DNA from: Thermoanaerobaculia bacterium
GTDB taxonomy: Bacteria > Acidobacteriota > Thermoanaerobaculia > UBA5066
Direction of reading: 5' to 3'
Assembly: GCA_963816185.1 (NCBI GenBank)
Contig: CAWFJJ010000025.1
Coordinates: 384,001 to 448,000, forward strand
Length of the DNA stretch: 64,000 nt
Below, piece after piece: positions 19,596 to 29,290 of this stretch. Each line of letters begins with the position of its first letter. Position 1 is the stretch's first letter. The notes beneath the pieces are model-generated. The model did not search any database, was not told where the DNA came from, and saw only the letters and a program-made list of their open reading frames with translations. Made by a program: the position numbers and the translations under genes.

Positions 19596-20579
19596 ATGGC
19601 GGCCATGAAAGCCATCCGCGTCCACGCTCCCGGCGGTCCCGAGGCGCTCCACCTCGAGGAGGTCGCAGACCCGTCTCCGAAGGCCGGCGAGGCGCTCGTC
19701 CGCGCCGAGGCGATCGGCGTCAACTTCATCGAAGTCTATTTCCGTCTCGGTCTCTACAAGCCACCCGGATACCCCTTCACGCCGGGCGGCGAGGTCGCGG
19801 GCGTCGTGGAAAGCGTGGGGCCCGGCGTTACTTCTCTGAAGCCGGGCGACCGCGTGGCGACCGTGAACGCGGCTGGTGCGTATGCGGGGAAAGCGCTCGT
19901 CCCCGAAGGCCGCCTCGTCGCCGTTCCGGACGGCGTCACGGCGCGGCAGGCCGCCGCGGTGATGCTCCAGGGCATGACGGCCCACTACCTCGCGACATCC
20001 ACGTATCCCTTGAGGAAGGGCGACACGTGCCTCGTCCACGCGGCTGCGGGCGGAGTCGGCTTGCTCCTGTGCCGCATCGCGAAGAACCGCGGCGCGCGCG
20101 TGATCGGGACGGTCTCGACGGAGGAGAAGGCGGCGAGGGCGCGCGAGGCCGGGGCGGACGACGTCATCCTCTACACGCGGAGCGATTTCGTCGTCGAGAC
20201 GAAGCGCCTGACCGGAGGAAAGGGCGTTCAGGCCGTCTACGACTCGGTCGGGAAGACGACGTTCGAAAAGGGTCTCGACGTCCTCGCGCTGCGCGGCACG
20301 ATGGCGCTCTTCGGGCAGTCGAGCGGCCCCGCCGGACCGATCGACCCCCAGGTCCTCAACCAGAAGGGCTCGATCTTCCTGACGCGGCCTTCGCTCTTCC
20401 ATTACATCGCTTCGCGCGAGGAGCTCCTGTCGCGTGCAGGCGACGTCCTCTCCTGGGTGAAGGACGGCTCGCTGCCGGTTCACATCGACCGCACGTTCCC
20501 GCTCGCCGAGGCCGCTGCGGCCCACCGCGCGCTCGAGGCGCGCGAAACTTCCGGAAAGGTGCTGCTCCTGCCGGGCTGA
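19596..20579 (+). CDS. qor: NADPH:quinone oxidoreductase (zeta-crystallin family)
   Basis: [32 protein letters not shown]. Confidence 0.9.
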   Translation: MAAMKAIRVHAPGGPEALHLEEVADPSPKAGEALVRAEAIGVNFIEVYFRLGLYKPPGYPFTPGGEVAGVVESVGPGVTSLKPGDRVATVNAAGAYAGKALVPEGRLVAVPDGVTARQAAAVMLQGMTAHYLATSTYPLRKGDTCLVHAAAGGVGLLLCRIAKNRGARVIGTVSTEEKAARAREAGADDVILYTRSDFVVETKRLTGGKGVQAVYDSVGKTTFEKGLDVLALRGTMALFGQSSGPAGPIDPQVLNQKGSIFLTRPSLFHYIASREELLSRAGDVLSWVKDGSLPVHIDRTFPLAEAAAAHRALEARETSGKVLLLPG

Positions 20580-21425
20580 TCAGTCGGGATCGCGGCGCTC
20601 GACGGTCTGGCTGACCAGGCCCTCCGCCTCGGCGGCGTCGGGGTTCGTTCGCAGGAGGGCCGCCACGCCGGCCTCGCCCCGCGCGGCGATCGCGAGCTCG
20701 AGCCACTCCTCGTTCACGCGCCAGCCGATGGCCCGGTTTCCCCCTTGCGCCTGTGCGCGCCGGAGGGCGGCGTCGACGAGGCCGAGATGGTCGCGGAACG
20801 AGGCGAGATGCGGACGCGCGCGCGAGAGCGGCTCGATCGAGAAGCCGACGGACAGGGAGACGGGGCGTCCGCCGGCGCCGGCGGGCACGCGCACGTTTTC
20901 GGCGACGGACGCCCGGAGGCGCATGGCCAAAGAGCGCGCTTCGCCCGCAAACCTTATGCGCGCGACGATGAGGAACGCGATCTCGGTCCAGCGCGCGATG
21001 ACGGTGCCGCCTCGCACGACCGCCTGAAGGGCGCGCGCCGTGTCGCGAAGGAGCGCGTCTCCCAACTCGCGTCCGCGCGCGTCGATCTCGTCGAAGTCGT
21101 CGACTTCGGCCAGCATCAGGGCGACGTGCTCCGGCGGCGGATCGCCTCCCCGCGACGGCCTCCGGGCCGGCGCGAGGAGGGTCCCGATCGCGGCGTCGAC
21201 GAAGCGCCGGTTGTGAACGCCGGTCAGGGCGTCCGTGAGCGACGTCTCGGCGAGGAGCTTCTGCGCGTCTTTCAGCTCCTCGTCCCGGCGCTTCAGCTCG
21301 TCCTCGAGGGCGTGCACGGAGGCGGCCGACCGGTGCGCGAGGAAAGCCCGAACGGCCCATCCGATCCCGAAGCCCGCGAGAAGGGCGATTCCGCCGAGCC
21401 AGGCCGACCCGGCGGAGAGGATCAC
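20580..21425 (-). CDS. Membrane-anchored degenerate GGDEF domain protein
   Basis: TM plus coiled coil; DALTGVHNRR, GDALL, SLSVG; active site reads RW-TEIAF. Confidence 0.75.
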   Translation of the reverse strand: MILSAGSAWLGGIALLAGFGIGWAVRAFLAHRSAASVHALEDELKRRDEELKDAQKLLAETSLTDALTGVHNRRFVDAAIGTLLAPARRPSRGGDPPPEHVALMLAEVDDFDEIDARGRELGDALLRDTARALQAVVRGGTVIARWTEIAFLIVARIRFAGEARSLAMRLRASVAENVRVPAGAGGRPVSLSVGFSIEPLSRARPHLASFRDHLGLVDAALRRAQAQGGNRAIGWRVNEEWLELAIAARGEAGVAALLRTNPDAAEAEGLVSQTVERRDPD

Positions 21426-22405
21426 TTGAAGCCGCGCACCGCGTGCGGGCGGTAAGGAGCCTCGAGCGCGCGGATCTCCTCGTCCGCAAGCGTCAGGTCC
21501 AGCGCCGAGAGGGCCGTCTCCAGGTGCGCGAGCTTCGTCGCCCCGATGATCGGCGCCGTCAGGGCAGGACGCGAAAGGAGCCAGGCGAGCGCGACGGCCG
21601 CGGGCTCGACCCCTCGCGACGCCGCGACGTTCTTGACCGTCTCGAGGACGGCGTCGTCCGACGGATGGTCGTAGAGGTTCCGCGCATAGTCGTCCGAGGC
21701 GGCGCGCGGCGTTGCCTCGGTGTCGGCGGCGCTCTTTCGCGTGCCCGCCAGGAGGCCGCGCGCGAGGGGCGACCACGGAATGACCGCAATCCCTTCACCC
21801 GCGCACAGAGGGAGCATCTCGCGCTCCTCTTCGCGGTAGACGAGGTTGTAGTGATTCTGCATCGAGGCGAAACGGGCCCATCCCCTCGCGTCCGAGAGAG
21901 CGAGCGCCTTCGCGAAGCGGTACGCCGGGCCCGAGCTCGCGCCGATGAAACGCACCTTCCCCTGCTTCACGAGGAGGTCGAGGGCCGCGAGCGTCTCGTC
22001 GAGAGGCACGGCGTGGTCGAAACGGTGAATCTGGTAAAGGTCGATCGTCTCGACGCCGAGGCGCCTCAGGCTCGCCTCGCAGGCCTGCACGACGTGCTTG
22101 CGCGAGAGCCCTCCCATGTTCGGGCCCGGCGACATCGGGAAGTTGACCTTCGTTGCGAGGACGATCTCTTCCAATCGCCCGTACTCGCGCAGGGCGCGGC
22201 CGGTGACCTCCTCGCTGACGCCGAGCGAGTACATGTCGGCGGTGTCGAAGAAGTTGATGCCCGCCTCGAGCGCGCGTCGGAAAAACGGCTGTGCGGCGGC
22301 CTCGTCGAGGACCCACGGCCGCCAGGAGGGCGTCCCGTAGCTCATGCACCCGAGGCACAGGCGAGACACGGTGACTCCCGTGCGGCCGAGCGTCGTGTAC
22401 TTCAT
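21422..22405 (-). CDS. Aldo/keto reductase
   Basis: LCLGCMSYG, FFDTADMY, ATKV, IDLYQIHR, MQNHYNL, PWSPLARG. Confidence 0.92.
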   Translation of the reverse strand: MKYTTLGRTGVTVSRLCLGCMSYGTPSWRPWVLDEAAAQPFFRRALEAGINFFDTADMYSLGVSEEVTGRALREYGRLEEIVLATKVNFPMSPGPNMGGLSRKHVVQACEASLRRLGVETIDLYQIHRFDHAVPLDETLAALDLLVKQGKVRFIGASSGPAYRFAKALALSDARGWARFASMQNHYNLVYREEEREMLPLCAGEGIAVIPWSPLARGLLAGTRKSAADTEATPRAASDDYARNLYDHPSDDAVLETVKNVAASRGVEPAAVALAWLLSRPALTAPIIGATKLAHLETALSALDLTLADEEIRALEAPYRPHAVRGFK

Positions 22406-22499
22406 GCCGATAGTCAACAGTGAAGGGCCCGAATCGTTAGCGTGCTGGCGGTCTGCGGCCAGCGTGGTCTCGACCGTCATCTGCGTGGTGTTCAGACAC

Positions 22500-23130
22500 G
22501 GTGAGGGTGACGGTGATGTCGAGGGTCTTATCGGCGGCGGGTGGGATGCGGATCCGAAGCCTGATGTCGATTGTTATCCTCCCGGCTCGCGCTCTTGCTG
22601 GGTGAAGTCACAAGCCGTCGGATCGTGGCGTCGTGGCGGAGCTTCGCGCGAAGGTCGCCGGCGTGCCCGATCGAGGCATCCGCGTGCCCTTGCGAGATCC
22701 TCACGACACCGCCTTCGGAATCGGAGGCTGTTGACGACGGCAGCCAGCCGCCGGTCAGACGTCGTCAACGACAGAGCCTCGCCGATCGGCATTCGAAGCG
22801 CAGCGTGAGGACCGGTCGGAGCTCGGCTGGGGTCGCCGCTCGTATCGGCACGCGCGGTCGGGGCCAGAGCTGCCCTGGAGCGGCGGAACTCGAGAAGGAG
22901 TAGGAGGAACCGGCTCAGGCGAAGCGAATGGCGGACCCCGCGTTTGTAAGGCGGGTGGAACGTAACCCCTGGAAGATCGTGGCGGAATCCGGAGAACCAT
23001 CTGAATCCTGCAGCGGGGATCCCGGTCTCTCCTTGCGTCGCGAGCTCCCAGCGGTCTTGCGCGGAAGCGATGCGACCGGACGCCAGCAGGAAGAGAGCCA
23101 TCCCGATCCGCTCGCGCAGGAACGCCGCCC
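22500..23130 (-). pseudogene. Multiply frameshifted remnant of a secreted/outer-membrane protein
   Basis: Signal-like MALFLLASGRIASAQ, then protein-like segments alternating between frames (VNSLR / EGGVVRISQGHADASIG / DFTQQE). Confidence 0.3.
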
Positions 23131-23960
23131 TAGAAAGAGGCACTTGCCGTGAAACCCAGGCTGCCGGCCGAGACGACGGGCGCAATGCGAAAGCTGTATG
23201 CGGCAGGTGGCGCCTCCTGCTGCGTCTCCTCGCGCCGGTGGCGTTTCACGACTGTGCGCCCGATGAGGGTGCCGACGAGCCCTCCCGCGATGACGTCCGA
23301 GGCCCAGTGCCCGCGGTCGTGCACGCGGGCATACCCGACGCAGCTCGCGAGCGTGTAGGAGACGACCGGCACGAGCCATCCGTCGGCTCGCGCCGACAGC
23401 ACGGACGCGACCGCGAACGCCTCGGTCGATTCTCCCGATGGAAACGAGGAGTTCCCGGAGAAGGGCTTGAATTCATCCGCATCGGCTCCGCCGCTTGGGC
23501 GGACGCGTCCGACGGCGTACTTCAGGAGCGGCGTCGTGATGCCGGCCGCGAGAATCTCGGCCTCCACCGCGTCGCGGCCCGTTTCGAGAAGGCGCTCGTT
23601 GTGCGAGACGAGGCCGCCCCCGAGCGCGACGGCCGATACGCCGATCGCCGCCCAGGTCCCGAAAGGCTTCACGACGCGGGCGAAGTCCTCGGTCTGCTTC
23701 GAGCGGTGGCTCTGAACCCACGCGTCGATGCGGTCGTCGCGCGTGCCGACGAAGACGACGCCGCCGGAAATCGAGGCCACCTCGGCCCAGTCCCCGACGT
23801 CGAAGCGGGACGGAGCCATCGCAATGGCCGCGCCATCGTTCAGATACCGCTTCAGCTCGGCGACAAGAGGGGAATCCGTGGTCTGGGCGAGCCCCGGTCC
23901 AGCCGCCAGGAGTACGACCACCTCGAGAGGTACGAGCCCGAGCCGACGCGCGAGTTTCAC
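23130..23960 (-). CDS. PAP2 family phosphatase
   Basis: KYAVGRVRP, SFPSGE, ARVHDRGHWASDV. Confidence 0.85.
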   Translation of the reverse strand: MKLARRLGLVPLEVVVLLAAGPGLAQTTDSPLVAELKRYLNDGAAIAMAPSRFDVGDWAEVASISGGVVFVGTRDDRIDAWVQSHRSKQTEDFARVVKPFGTWAAIGVSAVALGGGLVSHNERLLETGRDAVEAEILAAGITTPLLKYAVGRVRPSGGADADEFKPFSGNSSFPSGESTEAFAVASVLSARADGWLVPVVSYTLASCVGYARVHDRGHWASDVIAGGLVGTLIGRTVVKRHRREETQQEAPPAAYSFRIAPVVSAGSLGFTASASF

Positions 23961-24052
23961 TTCGAGCGTCGTCGTTCCGCGACAAAGCCGGCTGCGGCCG
24001 GAACGACCAAGAAGAGCTGCATCAAAGCGACATCTCTCTCTGGAGCGCGCGT

Positions 24053-24104
24053 CGATGCAAGAGCAGTACCTCGAACGAATGTCTCAGGATTCGGACGGAC
24101 GCGA
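24053..24104 (-). promoter_or_regulatory. Copy 1 of a 52-bp repeat containing a sigma54-type promoter
   Basis: Minus strand AGGTACTGCTCTTGCA (GG-N10-GC) at 24056-24071; 45/52 identical to 26079-26130. Confidence 0.6.
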
Positions 24105-24155
24105 GGATGGACGAGCGATTAGGCTACGCTTCGCCGGCTTCTGGAGGGAGTCGCC

Positions 24156-24677
24156 ATGGGAAAGGGATTCGTCCTGGGTTTTGTCGTTGCCATCATCACG
24201 TTGATTGCCGCCGGCTATTTCTTCGTGACGAGCGGCGCCCTGCCCGCCGGACAGGACTCGAAACCAGGCAGGCTGGAGACGTGGGCTGCGAAGAGATCGC
24301 TTCAGGCGACGATGCGCCGAGAGGCTCAGGGCCTGACGAGCCCCCTCCAGCCCACGGACGAAAATCTCACTGCGGGCATCGCGCTCTACCGCGCCCACTG
24401 TCAGGTGTGCCATGGAGGAGCCGATGGTGAGGTGTCGTTGATCGCGAGAGGCTTGACTCCGAATCCGCCGCAGCTCGCGAAGGATGGAGTCGAGGATGAT
24501 CCCGTGGGAGTGACTTACTGGAAGGTCGCCCACGGGATTCGCTTTACCGGAATGCCGGCCTTCGGCAAGACCCTGTCTGGCCGCGAGATGTGGCAGATCG
24601 CGCTTCTTGCGAAGTACATGAACTCACTGCCATCTGGAGCTCGCAGCGCGTGGCTGGCAGGGAAGTCGGCGCCCTGA
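24156..24677 (+). CDS. Membrane-anchored c-type cytochrome
   Basis: CQVCH heme motif; HGIRFTGMPAF. Confidence 0.88.
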   Translation: MGKGFVLGFVVAIITLIAAGYFFVTSGALPAGQDSKPGRLETWAAKRSLQATMRREAQGLTSPLQPTDENLTAGIALYRAHCQVCHGGADGEVSLIARGLTPNPPQLAKDGVEDDPVGVTYWKVAHGIRFTGMPAFGKTLSGREMWQIALLAKYMNSLPSGARSAWLAGKSAP

Positions 24678-24709
24678 CGACGTCCGCCTGTCAAGGCTCC
24701 CGCCCCTCT

Positions 24710-25270
24710 TCACATCGGACGCCAGGTCGTCTCCACTCGCACCGGCATTTCATTCTTGACGGGGACCGTCAGGAGCGAGGGCGGGGGAATCTTGAAATCG
24801 GAAAGCGTCGCCGGGATCGTTCCCGAGATCTTCGTGTAGATTCCCTCTTTCACCTGCTGGAAGGGAACCTGCGTGTACCGGACGGTCTGACCCGCGAACT
24901 CGATCTCGAGATCGCAGTGGACCGTGGGTGATCCGAAGGCGGATTCGGGCAATCGGATGCGCACGCTGACGATGGGAAACTGTGCGCCGTGCGTGGCTTG
25001 AAGCATGTGAAGATCGCGGTTGCTGTCCCCCGAATCGAACGACTTCACGGGCGCCGCGATCAGGACATCGCATTGTCTGGCTTGGCACACCACCTTTCCC
25101 CGGGCCGCGTGGCTGGTGCCCTCGGTCTCATGCAGCGGATGAGATACGTGATACGTGAGAGTGGACTTTTCGAGCACCCATTGACCGTCCGCCAGGGCAA
25201 ATCCGGGAAGCGCCAGAAGCAGACAGACGATTCGGATCGCGCCGTTCTTGGTGCACCCATGTTCTTTCAT
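24710..25270 (-). CDS. YceI family protein
   Basis: Signal peptide; HPLHETEG, SFDSGDSNRDLHM, SDFKIPPP. Confidence 0.75.
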   Translation of the reverse strand: MKEHGCTKNGAIRIVCLLLALPGFALADGQWVLEKSTLTYHVSHPLHETEGTSHAARGKVVCQARQCDVLIAAPVKSFDSGDSNRDLHMLQATHGAQFPIVSVRIRLPESAFGSPTVHCDLEIEFAGQTVRYTQVPFQQVKEGIYTKISGTIPATLSDFKIPPPSLLTVPVKNEMPVRVETTWRPM

Positions 25271-25280
25271 GAACAGCGCC

Positions 25281-26054
25281 TCAGAATTTGAGCGCTACGG
25301 ATCCGATCGCGGCGGCATAGGCCGCGATCGTCACGTCGGCCACGGCCGAGTGCGCCGAGGCAATCCCGTGAACCTTTTCTCCGCGGTCGAGCTGAGCGCG
25401 CGCCATCGCGCCCAGGATGGGCGTCAGGATCATTCCGGCGCCATGGACCCACGCGAGGGCCTTGTGCAGACGGATGGGGCCGCGGACCGAAGTCCCAGGA
25501 ATATTCGGTGCTCGGATCGCAAAGGAAGCGCTCGTGATGTACAAGCCAGCCGTCAGCAGGCCCAGGGCGCCATGAAGGTTGCGCGCCGACGTGCTGCCGT
25601 GCCTCGTCGCTCCGTTCGACGTGATGACCGTCGCGAGCATGGGGATGAGTGTTATCAAGCCGAGGCGTTGATGGATCTTGAGCATGTGCGATCGCTTGTC
25701 GAGCCTCGCCTGAGCCTCGGCGTTCGCCCGCGTCAGATCCGGAGGAAACCCCAAATCCTGCAGCGACGGCTTGGCCGCCTTTTCCTGAGGCGGGGCCGCC
25801 TTCTCGTCCACTTCTTGCGCAGCCTCCGCCGACGGCCGGCCGAGACCCGCCGTGTCGGTGACATTGACCGTCGCGGAAAGTGCCTCCACGGAGTCGAGGC
25901 AAGCGGTCTCGAAGCTCCCCCTGAAACTGCCGGGGGACACCAGGTCGGCGACCGGATCCAGCGTCGAGTCTGCCGCCCTCGCGGTCTCGGCAAATGACGC
26001 TGGAGCGAAGATGAGCATCACGGAAACGACGGCAGGACCGAAAGGACTCGCCAT
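25281..26054 (-). CDS. Hypothetical membrane protein with His-bearing helices
   Basis: Signal-like N-terminus, then hydrophobic segments with His (KIHQ, NLHG, RLHK, WVHG, SAHS). Confidence 0.6.
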   Translation of the reverse strand: MASPFGPAVVSVMLIFAPASFAETARAADSTLDPVADLVSPGSFRGSFETACLDSVEALSATVNVTDTAGLGRPSAEAAQEVDEKAAPPQEKAAKPSLQDLGFPPDLTRANAEAQARLDKRSHMLKIHQRLGLITLIPMLATVITSNGATRHGSTSARNLHGALGLLTAGLYITSASFAIRAPNIPGTSVRGPIRLHKALAWVHGAGMILTPILGAMARAQLDRGEKVHGIASAHSAVADVTIAAYAAAIGSVALKF

Positions 26055-26078
26055 CACTCACCTCGTTCGCGGGCGGGC

Positions 26079-26130
26079 CGATGCAAGAGCAGTGCCTTGA
26101 GAGGGAGTCTCAGGATTCGGACGGACGCGA
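26079..26130 (-). promoter_or_regulatory. Copy 2 of the 52-bp repeat containing a sigma54-type promoter
   Basis: Minus strand AGGCACTGCTCTTGCA at 26082-26097 fits TGGCAC-N5-TTGC; lies just upstream of CDS 26054. Confidence 0.65.
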
Positions 26131-26279
26131 TCCCGAGTGCCGAGAACATGCCGTTGCGCACATCGGTCTCGACGGCTGCCGACGAGAGGCGCCGACTCAT
26201 TCCGAGCCCTGAAGACCATCCGGCTCCTCGCAGCGGTAGGATGCGTCCCACAAAGACCGGATTTCATCAGGAGGTTCCC

Positions 26280-26987
26280 ATGTCGAGCGTCCCCCCACAG
26301 GGTCCCGGACCCATGCCACCCCCGCCTCCGCCCCAGCCCCCGTACGCGGCTCCGCCCTCCGGAGGACTGCCGTGGGAGACGCAAGCCATCGGACCGGAGC
26401 CGTTCTTCGAGACAGCGAAGCTCTTCATCATGGCGCCGGTTGAGGCCTGGCGTCGGACGAGGGAGACCGGCGATTACATGCGCCCGCTTCTTTTCGGCGT
26501 CGTCGTGGGGTGGGTCGGTCTCGTCTTCCGCGCGGTCTGGGGAACGATTTTCGGCGCCGGTCTCATGAGGATGATCCCGGCGCAGTACGCGGGGTTCACG
26601 CGATTCGGGGGAGGGTCGCTCGTCGTGCAGATCATCCTCGGGCCGCTCTTCGTGGCGCTCGGCCTCTTCATCGGCGCCGCGATCCTCCACGTCTCGTTCA
26701 TGATCGTCGGAGCCTTGAAGGGCTCGAGGTCGCAGTTCGAGGGGACGTTCCGGCTTTGCGCGTACGCGAGCGTGGCGAACGTCGCGAACGTGGTCCCGAT
26801 CGTGGGCGGACTCGCCGCGGGAATTTGGGCGATCTACCTCATGGTCGTCGGCGCGCAACAGCTCCACAAGACCACGCAGGGCAAAGCGCTCGCGGGCATC
26901 CTTTTGCCCGTGCTGGTCTGCTGCGTGTGTGCGGCAATCGGGATGGCCTTCGCGGGTGCCGCGCTCTTCTCGGCTTTCCGCCACTAG
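26280..26987 (+). CDS. YIP1 family membrane protein
   Basis: Pro-rich N-terminus, LPWE, FEGTFR..AY, ~5 TM; AGGAGG RBS. Confidence 0.75.
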   Translation: MSSVPPQGPGPMPPPPPPQPPYAAPPSGGLPWETQAIGPEPFFETAKLFIMAPVEAWRRTRETGDYMRPLLFGVVVGWVGLVFRAVWGTIFGAGLMRMIPAQYAGFTRFGGGSLVVQIILGPLFVALGLFIGAAILHVSFMIVGALKGSRSQFEGTFRLCAYASVANVANVVPIVGGLAAGIWAIYLMVVGAQQLHKTTQGKALAGILLPVLVCCVCAAIGMAFAGAALFSAFRH

Positions 26988-26994
26988 ATTTCGC

Positions 26995-27372
26995 GTGACG
27001 CCGGGCCGGCAGCTTGCGTTTCTCTGGGGCGGCACGGCGCTCGCCTGCGCCGCGGCCGCCCCGTGGGTGCCCGCGCTCGCACGAGGATTGCCGCCGTGCC
27101 CGTTCCGGTCACTTGTCGGGATTCCGTGCCTCACGTGCGGCAGTACGCGAACGCTCCTGGCCCTCGCCCGTTTCGACGTGGGCGGCGCATTCTCCTGGAA
27201 CCCGCTCGCCGCGGCAGCGGGGATTCTCCTCGTCCTGGGCGGTCTCGTCGCCCTCGGCGCGGCTCTTTCGGGCCGGGGCGTGGAGGCTCCACGTCCGACG
27301 CCTGCTCTGCGCGCCGCCCTCGCCCTCGCGCTCGCCGCGAACTGGATCTTCCTCGTCGCGGCGGGCCGCTAG
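26995..27372 (+). CDS. DUF2752 domain protein
   Basis: CPFRSLVGIPCLTCGSTR...AFSWNPL. Confidence 0.82.
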   Translation: MTPGRQLAFLWGGTALACAAAAPWVPALARGLPPCPFRSLVGIPCLTCGSTRTLLALARFDVGGAFSWNPLAAAAGILLVLGGLVALGAALSGRGVEAPRPTPALRAALALALAANWIFLVAAGR

Positions 27373-28283
27373 CCGCGGGAGCTCGTGGGACGGATCCCGG
27401 ACTGCGGAATGGGCGTCGCCGTCGGTAGCGGCGCCGCGAGAGCGCGTGAGAGCGCGTTCTGCCACGAGGGCAGCTCGATCCCGAGGTTCGCGAGCTTCTC
27501 GTTCGAGAGCGCCGCGAACTTCGGCCGGAAGACCTTGCTCGCGAGGCCGTCGGCCGAGACCGGCACGACGCTGGAGGGGCTTCCGATCTGGCGGGTCAGC
27601 TCCATCGCCAGCTCGTGCCACGTCGTGAACCCCGCGTTCACGCAGTGGTAAACGCCGGACGCCGCTTTTCCCTCGAGGAGACGCCGGGTCGCGGCCGCGA
27701 CGTCAACCATGTAGGCGGGGGAGACCGTGCGGTCGTAGAAGGCGCTCACGGTGCGCCCCGCGCGGATGTCCGCGCACATCCGGTCGATCGTGCTTCGGCC
27801 TTCGGGGTTTCCGAAGAGGCTCTCGACGCGCAGGACGAAGTATCGCGGCGCTCCCGCCGCGTACCACTCGCCGAGGAGCTTCGTGGCGCCGTAGACGCTG
27901 CCGGGGTTGGGCCGGTCCGTCTCGCGATAGGGCGACGTCGTCGCTCCGTCGAAGACGAAGTCGGACGAGAAGTGCACAAGCGTCGCGTCGGCGGTGCGGC
28001 AAGCCTCGGCGAGCGTGCGCACCGCGAAGGCGTTCACGGCGAGCGCGGTCTTTGGATCCCCCTCGGACTCCTCGACGCCGAAGGCCGACGTGTTCACGAT
28101 CGCCTGCGGACGAAGCTTGACGAGGCGCTCGAGGACCTGCTCGCGCTGCGTCAGGTCCAGGGCGGCGCGGGTCAGGGCCGCGACCTCGTGACCTCCCCGG
28201 CGAAGCTCGCGCACGACGGTCAGGCCGAGCTGGCCCCCGGCCCCGGTGACGAAAATGCGAAGCGGCACGCCTGAGCGTGACAT
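27369..28283 (-). CDS. rfbD: dTDP-4-dehydrorhamnose reductase
   Basis: GAGGQLG, HFSSDFVFDG, YGATKLLGE. Confidence 0.88.
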   Translation of the reverse strand: MSRSGVPLRIFVTGAGGQLGLTVVRELRRGGHEVAALTRAALDLTQREQVLERLVKLRPQAIVNTSAFGVEESEGDPKTALAVNAFAVRTLAEACRTADATLVHFSSDFVFDGATTSPYRETDRPNPGSVYGATKLLGEWYAAGAPRYFVLRVESLFGNPEGRSTIDRMCADIRAGRTVSAFYDRTVSPAYMVDVAAATRRLLEGKAASGVYHCVNAGFTTWHELAMELTRQIGSPSSVVPVSADGLASKVFRPKFAALSNEKLANLGIELPSWQNALSRALAAPLPTATPIPQSGIRPTSSRG

Positions 28284-28321
28284 GGGCCGCGGGCCGGAGC
28301 AAGGGGCCTTATGCTTGCCGC

Positions 28322-29290
28322 GTGAATCCGGATGTGACCGCCGCCGTCGGGCGCCTTCACAGCGACGGCTTGCTCGGGGATTTCACGGCGAATCTCTTCG
28401 GGCGCGTTGCGCGGCGTGAGCTCGTCTCCGTACGGCTCGAGATCCGCGCCGCGCTCTACCTCGGCGTCCTCCTCCTGACCGGGGGGATCGGCCTTTTCGT
28501 GAAGGAGAATCACGAGCGGATCGGTCCGGCGGCGATCGCCGTCGCGATCGGCCTCGGGGCGGCTGTGTGCCTCGTCTGGGCCGTGAGGCGTTCGGCGCCT
28601 TTCGCCTGGGGGGAGGCGACCTCGGCACACGCGGGATTCGACTATGTTCTTCTTCTCGGCGCGCTCCTCGTCGCGACGGATCTCGCCTACCTCGAAACCC
28701 AGTTCGCCCTGCTCGGTCGGGACTGGCCCTGGCACCTTCTCGTCGTCGCGGTCTTCTACGGGCTCCTCGCGTACCGCTTCGATTCGAAGATGCTCCTTTC
28801 GCTCGCCCTCGCGTCCTTCGCCGCATGGAGGGGAATTGCCGTGAACATCGAGAGGACTTCTCTCGGGTCGGGCGACCCCGCGCGCCTTCGAGTCGAGGCG
28901 CTCGCCATAGGCGCGCTCTTCGCGGTTCTGGGCCTCCTGTCGGTGCGTGCGGGAAGGAAGGCGCACTTCGAAGACGTGTACGTCAACGCAGGGCTTCTCC
29001 TCGCGCTCGGCGGCCTCCTCTCCGGAGTCTTCGGCATTCGAGAGAACGGCTGGGGAGGATGGCTGCTCTTGCTTCTCCTCGTCTCTTCCGCCGTCGCGTT
29101 CGCCGCGTTTCGCACGAGGCGCACGCTGCCGTTCGCCCTCGCGATCGTGGCGGCCTGGCTGGGCCTCCAGAGGTTGGTTTTCGAAAGCGCCGGGGCCGCG
29201 CCGGCCGGAGCTCTCCTGGTCTCGGCGATGACGGCGGCCGGAGCCCTCGGAGGCGTGATCGCCGCACATCGGAAGATGAAGATTCCATGA
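28322..29290 (+). CDS. DUF2157-like membrane protein
   Basis: ELVSVRLEIRAALYLGVLL, YLETQF, LAYRFDS; many TM segments. Confidence 0.7.
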   Translation: MNPDVTAAVGRLHSDGLLGDFTANLFGRVARRELVSVRLEIRAALYLGVLLLTGGIGLFVKENHERIGPAAIAVAIGLGAAVCLVWAVRRSAPFAWGEATSAHAGFDYVLLLGALLVATDLAYLETQFALLGRDWPWHLLVVAVFYGLLAYRFDSKMLLSLALASFAAWRGIAVNIERTSLGSGDPARLRVEALAIGALFAVLGLLSVRAGRKAHFEDVYVNAGLLLALGGLLSGVFGIRENGWGGWLLLLLLVSSAVAFAAFRTRRTLPFALAIVAAWLGLQRLVFESAGAAPAGALLVSAMTAAGALGGVIAAHRKMKIP

